Source: Macrostomum hystrix (Eukaryota; Animalia; Platyhelminthes). Taken from it: 64,000 bases of DNA. Each line of letters opens with the position of its first letter. Position 1 is the stretch's first letter. Below, piece by piece: positions 20,010-32,900 of this stretch. The translations under genes and the position numbers were made by a program. The DNA lies in contig CATNEN010000004.1 in NCBI GenBank assembly GCA_950097015.1, forward strand, positions 124,001 to 188,000, written 5' to 3'. Under the pieces are notes generated by a model. The model saw nothing but the letters and a program-made list of their open reading frames with translations, was not told the origin of the DNA and did not search any database.

Positions 20010-22277
20010 CATGCTGCAATGCGGCTCTACTGCTGCGATTCTGGCTATGCGGTTCTACTGCTGCGATTCTGGCTATGCGGCTCCTGCTGCGATTCAGGCT
20101 ATGCAACTCTACTGCTGCGATTCCGGTTATGCGGCTCTAATGCTGCGATTCCGGCTATGCGGCTCCTGCGATTCCGGCTATGCGGCTCCTGCGATTCTGG
20201 CTATGCGGCTCCTGCGATTCTGGCTACGCGGCTCCTGCTGCGATTCTGTCTATGCTACTCCTGCTGCGATTCTGTCTATGCTACTCCTGCTGCGATTCTG
20301 TCTATGCTACTCCTGCTGCGATTCTGTCTATGCTACTCCTGCTGCGATTCTGTCTATGCTACTCCTGCTACGATTCTGGCTATGCTACTCCTGCTGCGAT
20401 TCTGGCTATGCTAGTCCTGCTGTGATTCTGGCTATGCTACTCCTGCTGCGATTCTGGCTATGCTACTCCTGCTGCGATTCTGTCTATGCTACTCCTGCTG
20501 CGATTCTGTCTATGCTACTCCTGCTGCGATTCTGGCTATGCTACTCCTGCTGTGATTCTGGCTATGCTACTCCTGCTGCGATTCTGTCTATGCTACTCCT
20601 GCTGCGATTCTGGCTATGCTACTCCTGCTGCGATTCTGGCTATGCTACTCCTGCTGCGATTCTGGCTATGCTAGTCCTGCTGTGATTCTGGCTATGCTAC
20701 TCCTGCTGTGATTCTGGCTATGCTACTCCTGCTGCGATTCTGGCTATGCTACTCCTGCTGCGATTCTGGCTATGCTACTCCTGCTGCGATTCTGGCTATG
20801 CTACTCCTGCTGCGATTCTGGCTATGCTAGTCCTGCTGTGATTCTGGCTATGCTACTCCTGCTGTGATTCTGTCTATGCTACTCCTGCTGCGATTCTGGC
20901 TATGCTACTCCTGCTGCGATTCTGGCTATGCTACTCCTGCTGCGATTCTGTCTATGCTACTCCTGCTGCGATTCTGGCTATGCTACTCCTGCTGCGATTC
21001 TAGCCATGCTGCTGCTGCTGTGATTCTGGCCATGCTACTCCTGCTGTGATTCTGGCTATGCTACTCCTGCTGCGATTCTGTCTATGCTACTCCTGCTGCG
21101 ATTCTGTCTATGCTACTCCTGCTGCGATTCTGTCTATGCTACTCCTGCTGCGATTCTGTCTATGCTACTCCTGCTGCGATTCTGGCTATGCTACTCCTGC
21201 TGCGATTCTGGCTATGCTAGTCCTGCTGTGATTCTGGCTATGCTACTCCTGCTGTGATTCTGTCTATGCTACTCCTGCTGCGATTCTGGCTATGCTACTC
21301 CTGCTGCGATTCTGGCTATGCTACTCCTGCTGCGATTCTGGCCATGCTACTCCTGCTGTGATTCTGGCTATGCTACTCCTGCTGCGATTCTGTCTATGCT
21401 ACTCCTGCTGCGATTCTGTCTTTGCTACTCCTGCTGCGATTCTGGCTATGCTACTCCTGCTGCGATTCTAGCCATGCTGCTGCTGCTGTGATTCTGGCCA
21501 TGCTACTCCTGCTGTGATTCTGGCTATGCTACTCCTGCTGCGATTCTGTCTATGCTACTCCTGCTGCGATTCTGGCTATGCTACTCCTGCTGCGATTCTG
21601 TCTATGCTACTCCTGCTGCGATTCTGGCTATGCTACTCCTGCTGCGATTCTGGCTATGCTACTCCTGCTGCGATTCTGTCTATGCTACTCCTGCTGCGAT
21701 TCTGGCTATGCTACTCCTGCTGCGATTCTGGCTATGCTACTCCTGCTGCGATTCTGTCTATGCTACTCCTGCTGCGATTCTGTCTATGCTACTCCTGCTG
21801 CGATTCTGGCTATGCTACTCCTGCTGCGATTCTAGCCATGCTGCTGCTGCTGTGATTCTGGCCATGCTACTCCTGCTGCGATTCTGGCTATGCTACTCCT
21901 GCTGCGATTCTGGCTAGGCTACTCCTGCTGTGATTCTGGCTATGCTACTCCTGCTGCGATTCTGTCTATGCTACTCCTGCTGCGATTCTGGCTATGCTAC
22001 TCCTGCTGCGATTCTGGCTATGCTACTCCTGCTGCGATTCTAGCCATGCTGCTGCTGCTGTGATTCTGGCTATGCTACTCCTGCTGCGATTCTAGCCATG
22101 CTGCTGCTGCTGCGATTCTGTCTATGCTACTCCTGCTGCGATTCTGGCTATGCTACTCCTGCTGCGATTCTGGCTATGCTACTCCTGCTGCGATTCTGGC
22201 TATGCTACTCCTGCTGCGATTCTGGCTATGCTACTCCTGCTGCGATTCTGGCCATGCTGCTGCTGCTGTGATTCTAG
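20010..22277. repeat. Minisatellite, 26-bp unit, about 85 copies
   Basis: Unit TGCTACTCCTGCTGCGATTCTGGCTA with recurring variants (TGTCTA, TAGCCATGCTGCTG). Confidence 0.97.
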
Positions 22278-23267
22278 TAGTTAAAGTGATAGCTTTACTT
22301 TAATTTGAATCGGGCTTTCCTACAAAAAACAAAAGTTCGTCAAGTTTTTTTCACTTTCATTCCGATGTCCAATAACGAGTTCTAACATTGATTCAATGAA
22401 AAAAACATAAAATTGGTCTCATTTTTCGAAAACATTTAAATCTTTAAAAAAGCGAATCGGAAATTCATATTTTTATCGAGAAACTCAATCACTGCGAACG
22501 GGTTAGAAGTTTCCACACAATCTATCCCTTTTCTAAGATAGTCATTACGAGAAATGGTCACTTAAACTGTAGTTCGTTCAAATTTTAAATTCTTCTCCAC
22601 CACCCTATAAACTAACTGCACAAGCCAGTTCCTAAATACCATGAAGCTTAACTAGTTTAAAGCAGAACATATATATAAAAATGCTGTTTATTAAGCAGAT
22701 TCAAAGATATTTTCAACAAGCTCACAGTTTTTTCTGATCTAGACATTTGCGCAGCTAACTGCCTGTGCTGCCGAACACTAACATATATATAATTTCATGC
22801 TTTTTGTCAAATGCAAATTAAATAAAACTTCTTGTTTCACACTTCAATCATATTTTGATATTTTTCTAGCGGTACAATGGCTACTAACATTAAGTGGAAT
22901 AGAAATTTGGGTTTATGTCAATGGACTAAACAGCTGTACGCTGCTTCAAACTTAACAAACGGGCTAAATAATTTGAAAGGAAAGAATCGAACCCTCGACC
23001 TCTCGGCCAGTTAAAGCTTAACATAGTTAAACAGATGCCACAAACTAATTTTTACGTTATTGTGCATCATATAAAAATGATGCAAATTAATTATAGAAGG
23101 TTCTTTGAACCACTAGGGATCAAAATAAATGAGTTATAATTATGCTCGTTAATTACACATAAACTAGTTACTAATCAGAGCTTTGAACGGCGATTGAGAG
23201 GACTTGATTGTACTGCGCTTAGCTGAAGAGAATTAGGCAGAATTTTAAAAGGCATTCTCCATTGGGT

Positions 23268-23515
23268 TAAAGGGATTTTCCATGAGGTCGAAGGGATTCT
23301 CTATGAAGTAGAAGGGATTTTCCATGAGGTTGAATGGATTTCTAATGAGGTGGAAAGGATTCTGCATGTGGCGGAACTGATATTACATGCGGCGGAACTG
23401 ATATTACATGTTACATATTAGATGGAAGGGATTTTCCATGACGTGGAAGGGATTTTCCATGAGGTGGAAGGGATTTTCTATGAGGTAAAAGGGATTTTTC
23501 ATGAGGTGGAAGGGA
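23268..23515. repeat. Degenerate 21-bp tandem repeat
   Basis: Unit approximately GAAGGGATTTTCCATGAGGTG, about 9 diverged copies. Confidence 0.8.
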
Positions 23516-25186
23516 ATGTTTAGTTATAACACCGTGCATGCCGCCCTATGAATTTGAGATAAACGATAAGGAGGGCTGATTCTTGGGAGTCGGGAGGCGG
23601 TTGAGAATGATTTTAGGCAGAAGAAATTTCAAAGGCGCCACTGCCGATGCTTTTACGTGCCGAATTCCGTAAAGTAATCAACGAGTCACTCTGTGATCAG
23701 GTGCCTTGCAAAAGATAATTATTTTTGTGCAGCTACGAGTATTAATCGTGAACTAACAGCTCAATTAAATAATTTTCTTAGATTTAACAACCGAAATGAG
23801 CATGACAATCAGGAAGCACGCATTTGGGCTAAGAAAATAGACGGCAATGCAAATCAGTTGCTGAGTGGACAGTTCAGTATATAGTATATATTGCGAAACA
23901 TCATCACACAAAAAGTTCCGAAAGATTCAGAATATACTACTGACAGTAACCAGCTTGAACATTGCATTAGAAAAAAAAGAATAAAAGCATCCTTATTAAA
24001 TCGGAAAAAACCTGACGCATTTGGCCTTTAAAACAAATAACTTACTCAGAAAAAAAGTTAATCTGTAAAAAGCAAATATATAAAGTTCAAACGATTTCAT
24101 GTTGTACAAGATAGCACTAATAAGTATCTGTTTAAACAACTCACCACCACTCGTGTAGCTCTCAGAGACCGATGGCTCACCAGCGCCAATATGGGCCTGC
24201 TTAACCTTTGCTGAGCTGTCCTGAGACTCCTGAAACATATCATTCAGGTTTGCTGATCTAGTTTAACAAAGCACATTCAGAATACAAAACTAAGTTAAAG
24301 CTAACAGTAGCCACTTTGTACATTCACTAAAGTATAATGTATAAAAATGAGAATTAAAGCTTAAGTATACATACTTCAACTGAAAAAATAAAGCCAGAAT
24401 GCTCAAAGAATATTGTAATATTAATGCTAACTAATTTTGCACTTTTCTATGAATAACAGCATTTTTCCAGTAGCTTTTGTGTTTGGTGTGTTTGTTTTTT
24501 TGCATATATTCAGTACAAAATAAAATGAACACTAGTTTAATGCTTGTTTTAGCTATCAAGATGATTTTGAATAATTGTTTACACTTGGTAATCCAGCTTA
24601 TTTCGTTTACAAAGAAATATAAAAATATATTTGCTTGCAGGATGTTTGCTTGCGACACAGCTTGCCGAATTAGCTTGATAAAAAATGTGTTTTCGTGTCT
24701 ACCTAATGTATTTCTTTCTTGCCACAGTCAGAGCCAATTTAGTCAATGGCAGAGTCTAGAGACTGGGAGAATGTATTGCTGTGCTTATTTAAAAAATTAC
24801 AAAAAATCCTAGAAACTAGGTATAGAGAGGTATAGCTTAGTGACTTGCTGAAGAAGCATAAGTCAATAATCTCATGGCAAAATGTACAGAAAACTGTTAT
24901 ATATCTATATCTTCATAGCTAATAGATCTAGATGATTCGTCTTGTAGTTAGCTCATAGCTCTGCCTGTTATTACCACCACTAGGTCTATGATCATATTTG
25001 TTAGGCCTATCTGTTCGATCGTGCTGAAATCAGAAACTGCTACAATTTATACTGCTATTATCCTTTTATTATACCGAATCCTTCGTGTACAAATCCCAAG
25101 ACTAGTTCGAAAGCTTACTGTGAGTGAGTTTATGACATTGCCGCTGATAAGCGCTTGCAAACATTCTGTACCAATAATTGACTGAC

Positions 25187-25435
25187 AAACTTCGCAAGCA
25201 GAGTCAGGAAGTTCAGCAAGCTAAGGTGCATGCGAAATTCGGCAAGAAAACTTCGGCAAGCAAACTTCCCGCAAGCAAAGTTCGGCAGTCAAAATTCCGC
25301 AAGCAAACTTCGGCAAGCAAACTTCGGCAAGCAAGCCTTGACAAGCAAACTTCCGCAAGCAAACTTCGGCATGCAAAGCTCGGCAAGCAAAATTCCTGCA
25401 AGCAAACTTCGGCAAGCAAACTTCCCGCAAGCAAA
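25187..25435. repeat. Degenerate GCAAGCAAACTTC(G/C) array of 14-15 bp units; inverted copies at 24630-24672
   Basis: Repeated GCAAGCAAACTTCG or GCAAGCAAACTTCCC; reverse-complement motif TTTGCTTGCAGGATGTTTGCTTGCG at 24630. Confidence 0.8.
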
Positions 25436-26971
25436 CGTCGTACTACCCCACAGGCCCCATAAAATATAAAATATGACTACACTGTCTAAACACAAATTAC
25501 AAATATAAGCTACAAATTTATAGTAAATCTAAACCTATATCCAAAGTCTGAGCTAAATGAAAAATTGATTTTATACAATTAAAATATTATTTCCTACTTC
25601 ATAAAACGGATAGATATAGTTATTCCAATTACCATTACACTATGATGTATCCAAAGTTTATTTCTAGAAATTCTAAGAAAACGTATTTCTCAGAAACTTT
25701 AATTTGTTACATACATATGTATAAGACATGTCTAAAATGTTGATTTTGTTTTAGCACTTGTCTTCTCTAGTGTCTTTACAGTGATTAGTACATATTAGTA
25801 TTGAAATTGTTACATTCATTATAACTACAGAAAATTGTTTCCGGAAGAATGGCGCGCACAGAACTGTTTTGGAAAGCCTGTAAAATCTAATAGAACTTTA
25901 ATCTTATTGGACTACTTGTGTCGTTTAAAATAGAACTGCTTGTATTCCCACTAGATAGTAGTCCACTTTCCTTTGCTTACTTACTTAACTTGAACTTATT
26001 AGTTTCATTTGCCATCATTATAAAAATTCCAATTAAAAATGCATTACTTGTGCAGCGCACACTGTTCGAATTTTTTACAAGTGGTTGAAAACACGAAAGT
26101 GCGACTTGGTTTTTAGGAAGAAAGAATTTTAGCGAATTTGCATATGCAGTTAAGCAGAAATTTGTGCGACAAATTTTAGAGTAAAGGTTTTACGATTCTA
26201 CAAAATTACGATAAGGAATCCACATATATTTATTATTCAAATACAACTCAGATTCGAATGCATTATAAAAAGAGACATAACATGGAGAAATTATCGATTG
26301 ATAGCATTACACGATAACATGTTAAACTAACTATCATTTACGAGAGTTATTTTAGTAAAATAGCTCTAAAAACAAATAAATAAAATTGTCCCTGTCAGAA
26401 CTGAGAAGATATCACCTCCTGGAAATAACGAATATCGTAGTTTCTGCTTTTGATAAATAAAATATATTGAAGTTGATATATGATTAGTTGATTCTTATTT
26501 AGATGTTAATTTAGTTCTTGTTAGCGTGTATGTCTCAAAAAGTACATGCATAAAAAAGAGTGGCATAAATAAGCTTAATTCTTAATACGATGAAGACAAA
26601 TTTGGAGCATCGTTAGCTCTTTCGGTCTCACCTTCATAAACATTTTTTTAAAGTTTAAGTATGTATATTATGATAAAACAAATAAGCGGAATTTCAAATG
26701 ATGGCATAAAAATGCGGATTAATAGAGAGAGAGAGAGCGTTCCAATAACAAAACACCCAAAGTATTTTCAGAAGTACCAGTTTTACCAACGGACATGCAT
26801 AAACTGCTGTTGTTAAAAACCTGAACGCAGTGCTTAGAAATGGAGGGGCATTGCTTTTAAATATTTGTGGTATCTTGTACGCAGGAAGCCATGCACCTCC
26901 CAAATGAAATCCCAGCTTATATTAGCACATATACCAATATACATCGATTTGGGATTTATCATCAAGGAGAG

Positions 26972-29900
26972 TCAGGGTGCGTTGCGCAAGTAGCCGTCGG
27001 CGCGATTTCCCATGTAGGCAGTCCAGCGCTGCTGACCGAATGGCAGGATTCTGCCGCACTGGCGACGACCTCCCGACTCCGACTCACAGTGGCACGTGAT
27101 GCGTCGCCTAATGAGTGCGATGTAAGTGTTGTATTACTACATGCATCTCCTCTCTGCACAAGTGACATTGTATACAAGTGATTAAACTGTGTCATTTTAT
27201 TAATGAAATTTTCTTGGTGGGGATGGCAATACGGCGCATTGATTTTATTGAGGCGCGGCTATCATACCTATAAACAACAAGCTGTTTAAATTGTCTGGCG
27301 AACCAAGCGGCTTTGAATCCACTTTTACTACTTCCGATGCGGCCGTCTGCAGTAGTAAATGCTGGCTCGGTTTTCCTCAAATTTTCTGCGCATCTTCGCA
27401 GGGCCAGATTTCTATACCGCCTCGCGCTCATGCCAAAGTATTTGCCTGAAAGTTGGAGTTTCAGGCAAATTTTCACGCAGCAACTGCTATTTTATGACAG
27501 ACATGGAGATAACAGGATATTGTGAGATGGAGTGACAAGAAGTCTGGGAACTGGAAGATAAAGTGACAAGAAGTCTGGGAACTGGAAGATAAAGTGACAA
27601 GAAGTCTGGGAACTGGAAGATAAAGTGACAAGAAGTCTGGGAACTGGAAGATAAAGTGACAAGAAGTCTGGGAACTGGTAGATGGAGTGACAAGAAGTCT
27701 GGGAACTGATAGATGGAGTGACAAGAAGTCTGGGAACTGGTAGATGGAGTGACAAGAAGTCTGGGAACTGGTAGATGGAGTGACAAGAAGTCTGGGAACT
27801 GGTAGATGGAGTGACAAGAAGTCTGGGAACTGGTAGATGGAGTGACAAGAAGTCTGGGAACTGCAGAAGAGAACTCTTGGACCAGATTAGAGTAGAGTGA
27901 CCAGACGCTAAGGAGATTGTCTAATACGTGAAGTACAAAAAGCTACTCACTCGTCGGCCGAAATCTTTCGGCCTGTCTACCCAAGAAGCTGTCCAAGCAG
28001 CGGAGCCCTGGCGAAGTAGATTTCGTCCAATCTCCATTGTCGTCTTCAATTGTAGAACCCACGGCAAACACCGCGTCAATGCTGTTGCTGTGGAAGCCAC
28101 GATGGACGCCTCCAGCCGGCGGAGACGGTGGCGCCAGAGTGCCGGTGACGGACCGCGGACGATCTGACGGGCTGTCCTTCTCAGCGCCTGGGGCGTAAAA
28201 GACATTGTGACTGTCTTGTCAAGACGGGATGGGAATGAAGGCACTCTGATTGGAACTGAAGACACTCTAACTGGAACTGAAGATACTCTGACTGGAAATG
28301 AAGACACTCTCTGACTGGAACTGAAGACACTCTGACTGGAACTGAAGACACTCTGAGTGGAACTGAAGACACTCTGACTGGAACTGAAGACACACTCTGA
28401 GTGGAACTGAAGACACTCTGACTGGAACTGAAGACACACTCTGACTGGAACTGAAGATACTCTGACTGGAAATGAAGACACTGTCTGACTGGAACTGAAG
28501 ACACACTCTGACTGGAACTGAAGACACTCTGACTGGAACTGAAGACACTCTGACTGGAACTGAAGACACACTCTGACTGGAACTGAAGATACTCTGACTG
28601 GAAATGAAGACACTGTCTGACTGGAACTGAAGACACACTCTGACTGGAACTGAAGACACACTCTGACTGGAACTGAAGACACTGTGACTGGAACTGAAGA
28701 CACACTCTGACTGGAACTGAAGACACTCTGACTGGAACTGAAGACACACTCTGACTGGAACTGAAGACACTCTGACTGGAACTGAAGACACACTCTGAGT
28801 GGAACTGAAGACACTCTGACTGGAACTGAAGACACACTCTGACTGGAACTGAAGATACTCTGACTGGAAATGAAGACACTGTCTGACTGGAACTGAAGAC
28901 ACACTCTGACTGGAACTGAAGACACTCTGACTGGAACTGAAGACACTCTGACTGGAACTGAAGACACACTCTGACTGGAACTGAAGATACTCTGACTGGA
29001 AATGAAGACACTGTCTGACTGGAACTGAAGACACACTCTGACTGGAACTGAAGACACACTCTGACTGGAACTGAAGACACTGTGACTGGAACTGAAGACA
29101 CACTCTGACTGGAACTGAAGACACTCTGACTGGAACTGAAGATACTCTGACTGGAAATGAAGACACACTCTGACTGAAACTGAAGACACTCTGACTGGAA
29201 AAGAAGACACTCTGACTGGAACTGAAGATACTCTGACTGGAAATGAAGATACTCTGACTGGAACTGAAGACACACTCTGACTGGAACTGAAGATACTCTG
29301 ACTGGAACTGAAGATACTCTGACTGGAACTGAAGATACTCTGACTGGAACTGAAGATACTCTGACTGGAACTGAAGATACTCTGACTGGAACTGAAGACA
29401 CACTCTGACTGGAACTGAAGATACTCTGACTGGAACTGAAGATACTCTGACTGGAACTGAAGATACTCTGACTGGAATTGAAGATACTCTGACTGGAACT
29501 GAAGATACTCTGACTGGAAATGAAGACACTCTCTGACTGGAACTGAAGACACTCTGACTGAAACTGAAGACACTCTGACTGGAACTGAAGACACTCTGAC
29601 TGGAACTGAAGATACTCTGACTGGAAATGAAGATACTCTGACTGGAACTGAAGACACACTCTGACTGGAACTGAAGATACTCTGACTGGAACTGAAGATA
29701 CTCTGACTGGAACTGAAGATACTCTGACTGGAACTGAAGATACTCTGACTGGAACTGAAGACACTCTGACTGGAACTGAAGACACTCTGACTGGAACTGA
29801 AGACACTCTGACTGGAACTGAAGATACTCTGACTGGAAATGAAGACACTGTCTGACTGGAACTGAAGACACTCTGACTGGAACGTGAAATGAAAGTACAA

Positions 29901-32900
29901 AGAGCGTCACTCACCGCCATCATAGACAGTGATGCCAGGTCCTGGAATGTGCCTCCCAGCCAGCATTAGCCGAGCGTGCGAGCTGGCATTGAAGCTCCGC
30001 GAGCAGGGTAGCCAGCCATGGGAGTCTTGATCGGAATGGTGTATTTAGGTAGACAAAAGCTTCGTTTTGCTGTCAAATTAACACCTGTTCACTCACCTGC
30101 TGATTTTTGTCTGCCGCAGTCAAGCCGCCAGTGCAGGAAGAGGTCGTGCCCCTGACCTTCGAATGCCACCGTCAGCGGGGAGCCCAGTGTTCCGGAGATG
30201 CCGACGGCCGCCTCCGCTCGAGGCAACTCGTCGATCACTCGGCCGGTGGTTCCGTCCAGAACGACAAACTGCACAATAAGACGACGGAAGGAGTGACATT
30301 TTAGTTGATAGAGTGACAGTCTAGTCCATAGCAGAGTGACAGTCTAAATCTAGTCAAAGTGACAGTCTAGAACTAGGCAGAGTGACAGTCTAGAACTAGG
30401 CAGAGTGACAGTCTAGTCCATAGCAGAGTGACAGTCTAAATCTAGTCAAAGTGACAGTCTAGAATTAGGCAGAGTGACAGTCTAGAACTAGGCAGAGTGA
30501 CAGTCTAGAACTAGGCAGAGTGACAGTCTAGAATTAGGCAGAGTGACAGTCTAGAACTAGGCAGAGTGACAGTCTAGAACTAGGCAGAGTGACAGTCTAG
30601 AACTAGGCAGAGTGACAGTCTAGAACTAGGCAGAGTGACAGTCTAGAATTAGGCAGAGTGACAGTCTAGAACTAGGCAGAGTGACAGTCTAGAACTAGGC
30701 AAAGTGACAGTCTAGAACTAGGCAGAGTGACAGTCTAGAATTAGGCAGAGTGACAGTCTAGAACTAGGCAGAGTGACAGTCTAGAATTAGGCAGAGTGAC
30801 AGTCTAGAACTAGGCAGAGTGACAGTCTAGAACTAGGCAGAGTGACAGTCTAGAACTAGGCAGAGTGACAGTCTAGAACTAGGCAGAGTGACAGTCTAGA
30901 ACTAGGCAGAGTGACAGTCTAGAACTAGGCAGAGTGACATCAGTTGGATCAGCAGGCCCACCCTCTGCTGGCTGTAGACCGGGTATCCTTCCCCGACGCT
31001 GTACTGTACAAAGAAGTCTGGCACTCGGTCGGCATTGTAAAATCCAGGCACCGGCGCCCAGCGGATCTCGGAGGTGCCAACTGGCGGTAGGTCGGCGCGC
31101 CAGACCGGACTTCCGCGCCCGAGAAGGTAGGCGACGCCAGCGGCTGCCACTGAGCCGTTGAGCAACGGCAGGATGAGCTCCGGCCGGCCGTCCGAGTCTA
31201 AGTCGGCCAGAGTGGCCGGGCCTCCTAGCGAGCCTTTGTGCAAGCCGCCGTAGAGCACTGGAACAGCCTGGTGTGTTAAAAAGTGTTTAAAATGTTAATT
31301 GGGCTACTTTAAGTAGGATAATCAGGAATATATGCCGAATTCTGAGCAATTATTGGGCAACAGACAAAATCTTCTGCTCCTGCTCAGAAATCAGCACAGT
31401 TTAAAAAAGAATTCTGAGATGCTGAGCATGACAGATTGTTGAGCAGACCTGATGAAAAATCTGAGTCAGAGACGGCAGTTGCTGAATCAGTCAACTAAAA
31501 TCATTATTCAAGTCACGCAAAGAGTACTTTTTACTTTTTACGTATCTACCTAGATTAGCAATCCATTCTAATCCTGTTCTATTGGCTAGATTAGCAATCC
31601 ATTCTATTCCTGTTCTATTGGCTAGATTAGCAATCCATTCTATTCCTGTTCTATTGGCTAGATTAGCAATCCATTCTATTCCTGTTCTATTGGCTAGATT
31701 AGCAATCCATTCTATTCCTGTTCTATTGACTAGATTAGCAATCCATTCTATTCCTGTTCTATTGGCTAGATTAGCAATCCATTCTATTCCTGTTCTATTG
31801 GCTAGATTAGCAATCCATTCTATTCCTGTTCTATTGGCTAGATTAGCAATCCATTCTATTCCTGTTCTATTGGCTAGATTAGCAATCCATTCTTTTCCTG
31901 TTCTATTGACTAGATTAGCAATCCATTCTATTCCTGTTCTATTGGCTAGATTAGCAATCCAGTCTATTCCTGTTCTATTGTTGATTTACATTGTTCGCAT
32001 GACAAACCAGTCCATCGAGTTATCTGAACCCAATGAAAGCCTTATTGCAATATCGGGTAGCGATTCTAAAGTACAATGTCAGGTAAGCGGTTTGCATCAG
32101 AGATCAATCGACTGAGTGAGTGATGATTAATTCAGACAATGCACTCGGCTAAAGTACAAAAACAGCCCGGGAACTATACAGTCGACGGGATCTAGGAAAT
32201 TCTAGGAGGAAGTGTACGAAGGCACATGAGTCGGAAGGATGTTTGTCGGGAATTTTTTGGGGCACTAAGACAGTCTTCTTAAGTTGGCTTTGGCTTCCAA
32301 TCTGTTTGGCAGGCTGGTAGGGAGGGGGTGGGCGTACAGGAGCTAAAAAAAGCACACCGCCGGCGTACCGCTGGGAGTATGAGTCTTCTAGTCTCTCCCT
32401 GTTTAAACCTGATAATCTTCGTCTTTACATCTCTCTCCCTTCTCACCATCTCGCCAGTTGGCTTCCGTGTAAATGCTCTCAGAATGTCAAAATGGTGTGA
32501 AGTACCTCGCATTTAGTTTATTAAGAGTTCGAACTGAAATCCCATCTCATCAGTCACTGAAATCCCATCTCATCAGTAACAAAATCCCATCTCATCAGTC
32601 ACTGAAATCCCATCTCATCAGTCACTGAAATTCCATCTCATCAGTCACTGAAATCCCATCTCATCAGTAACAAAATCCCATCTCATCAGTCACTGAAATC
32701 CCATCTCATCAGTCACTGAAATTCCATCTCATCAGTCACTGAAATCCCATCTCATCAGTCACTGAAATCCCATTTCATCAGTCACTGAAATCCCATCTCA
32801 TCAGTCACTGAAATCCCATCTCATCAGTCACTGAAATCCCATCTCATCAGTCACTGAATCCCATCTCATCAGTCACTGAAATCCCATCTCATCAGTCACT

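Noticed and set aside
19969-21917. Cys/Leu-rich ORFs (LLLLRFWLCYSCCDSGYATPAA repeats) resembling metallothionein or membrane proteins
   Set aside because: Direct translation of the 26-bp array cycling through frames; no splice or start context.
27921-29923. Three overlapping 547-659 aa ORFs on the minus strand
   Set aside because: They are translations of the stop-free 21/23-bp array. The true FAM234 exon frame meets TGA just after the donor (GGC GGT GAG TGA) and the intron (1700 nt) is not a multiple of 3.
32149-32512. ORFs 32149-32355 and 32279-32512 as an extra FAM234 exon
   Set aside because: Exon 3 (ends 32959, phase 0) joins 31267 cleanly (ETAK|AVPVLYGG); the phase-0 reading after the AG at 32339 runs into a stop and has no family motif.
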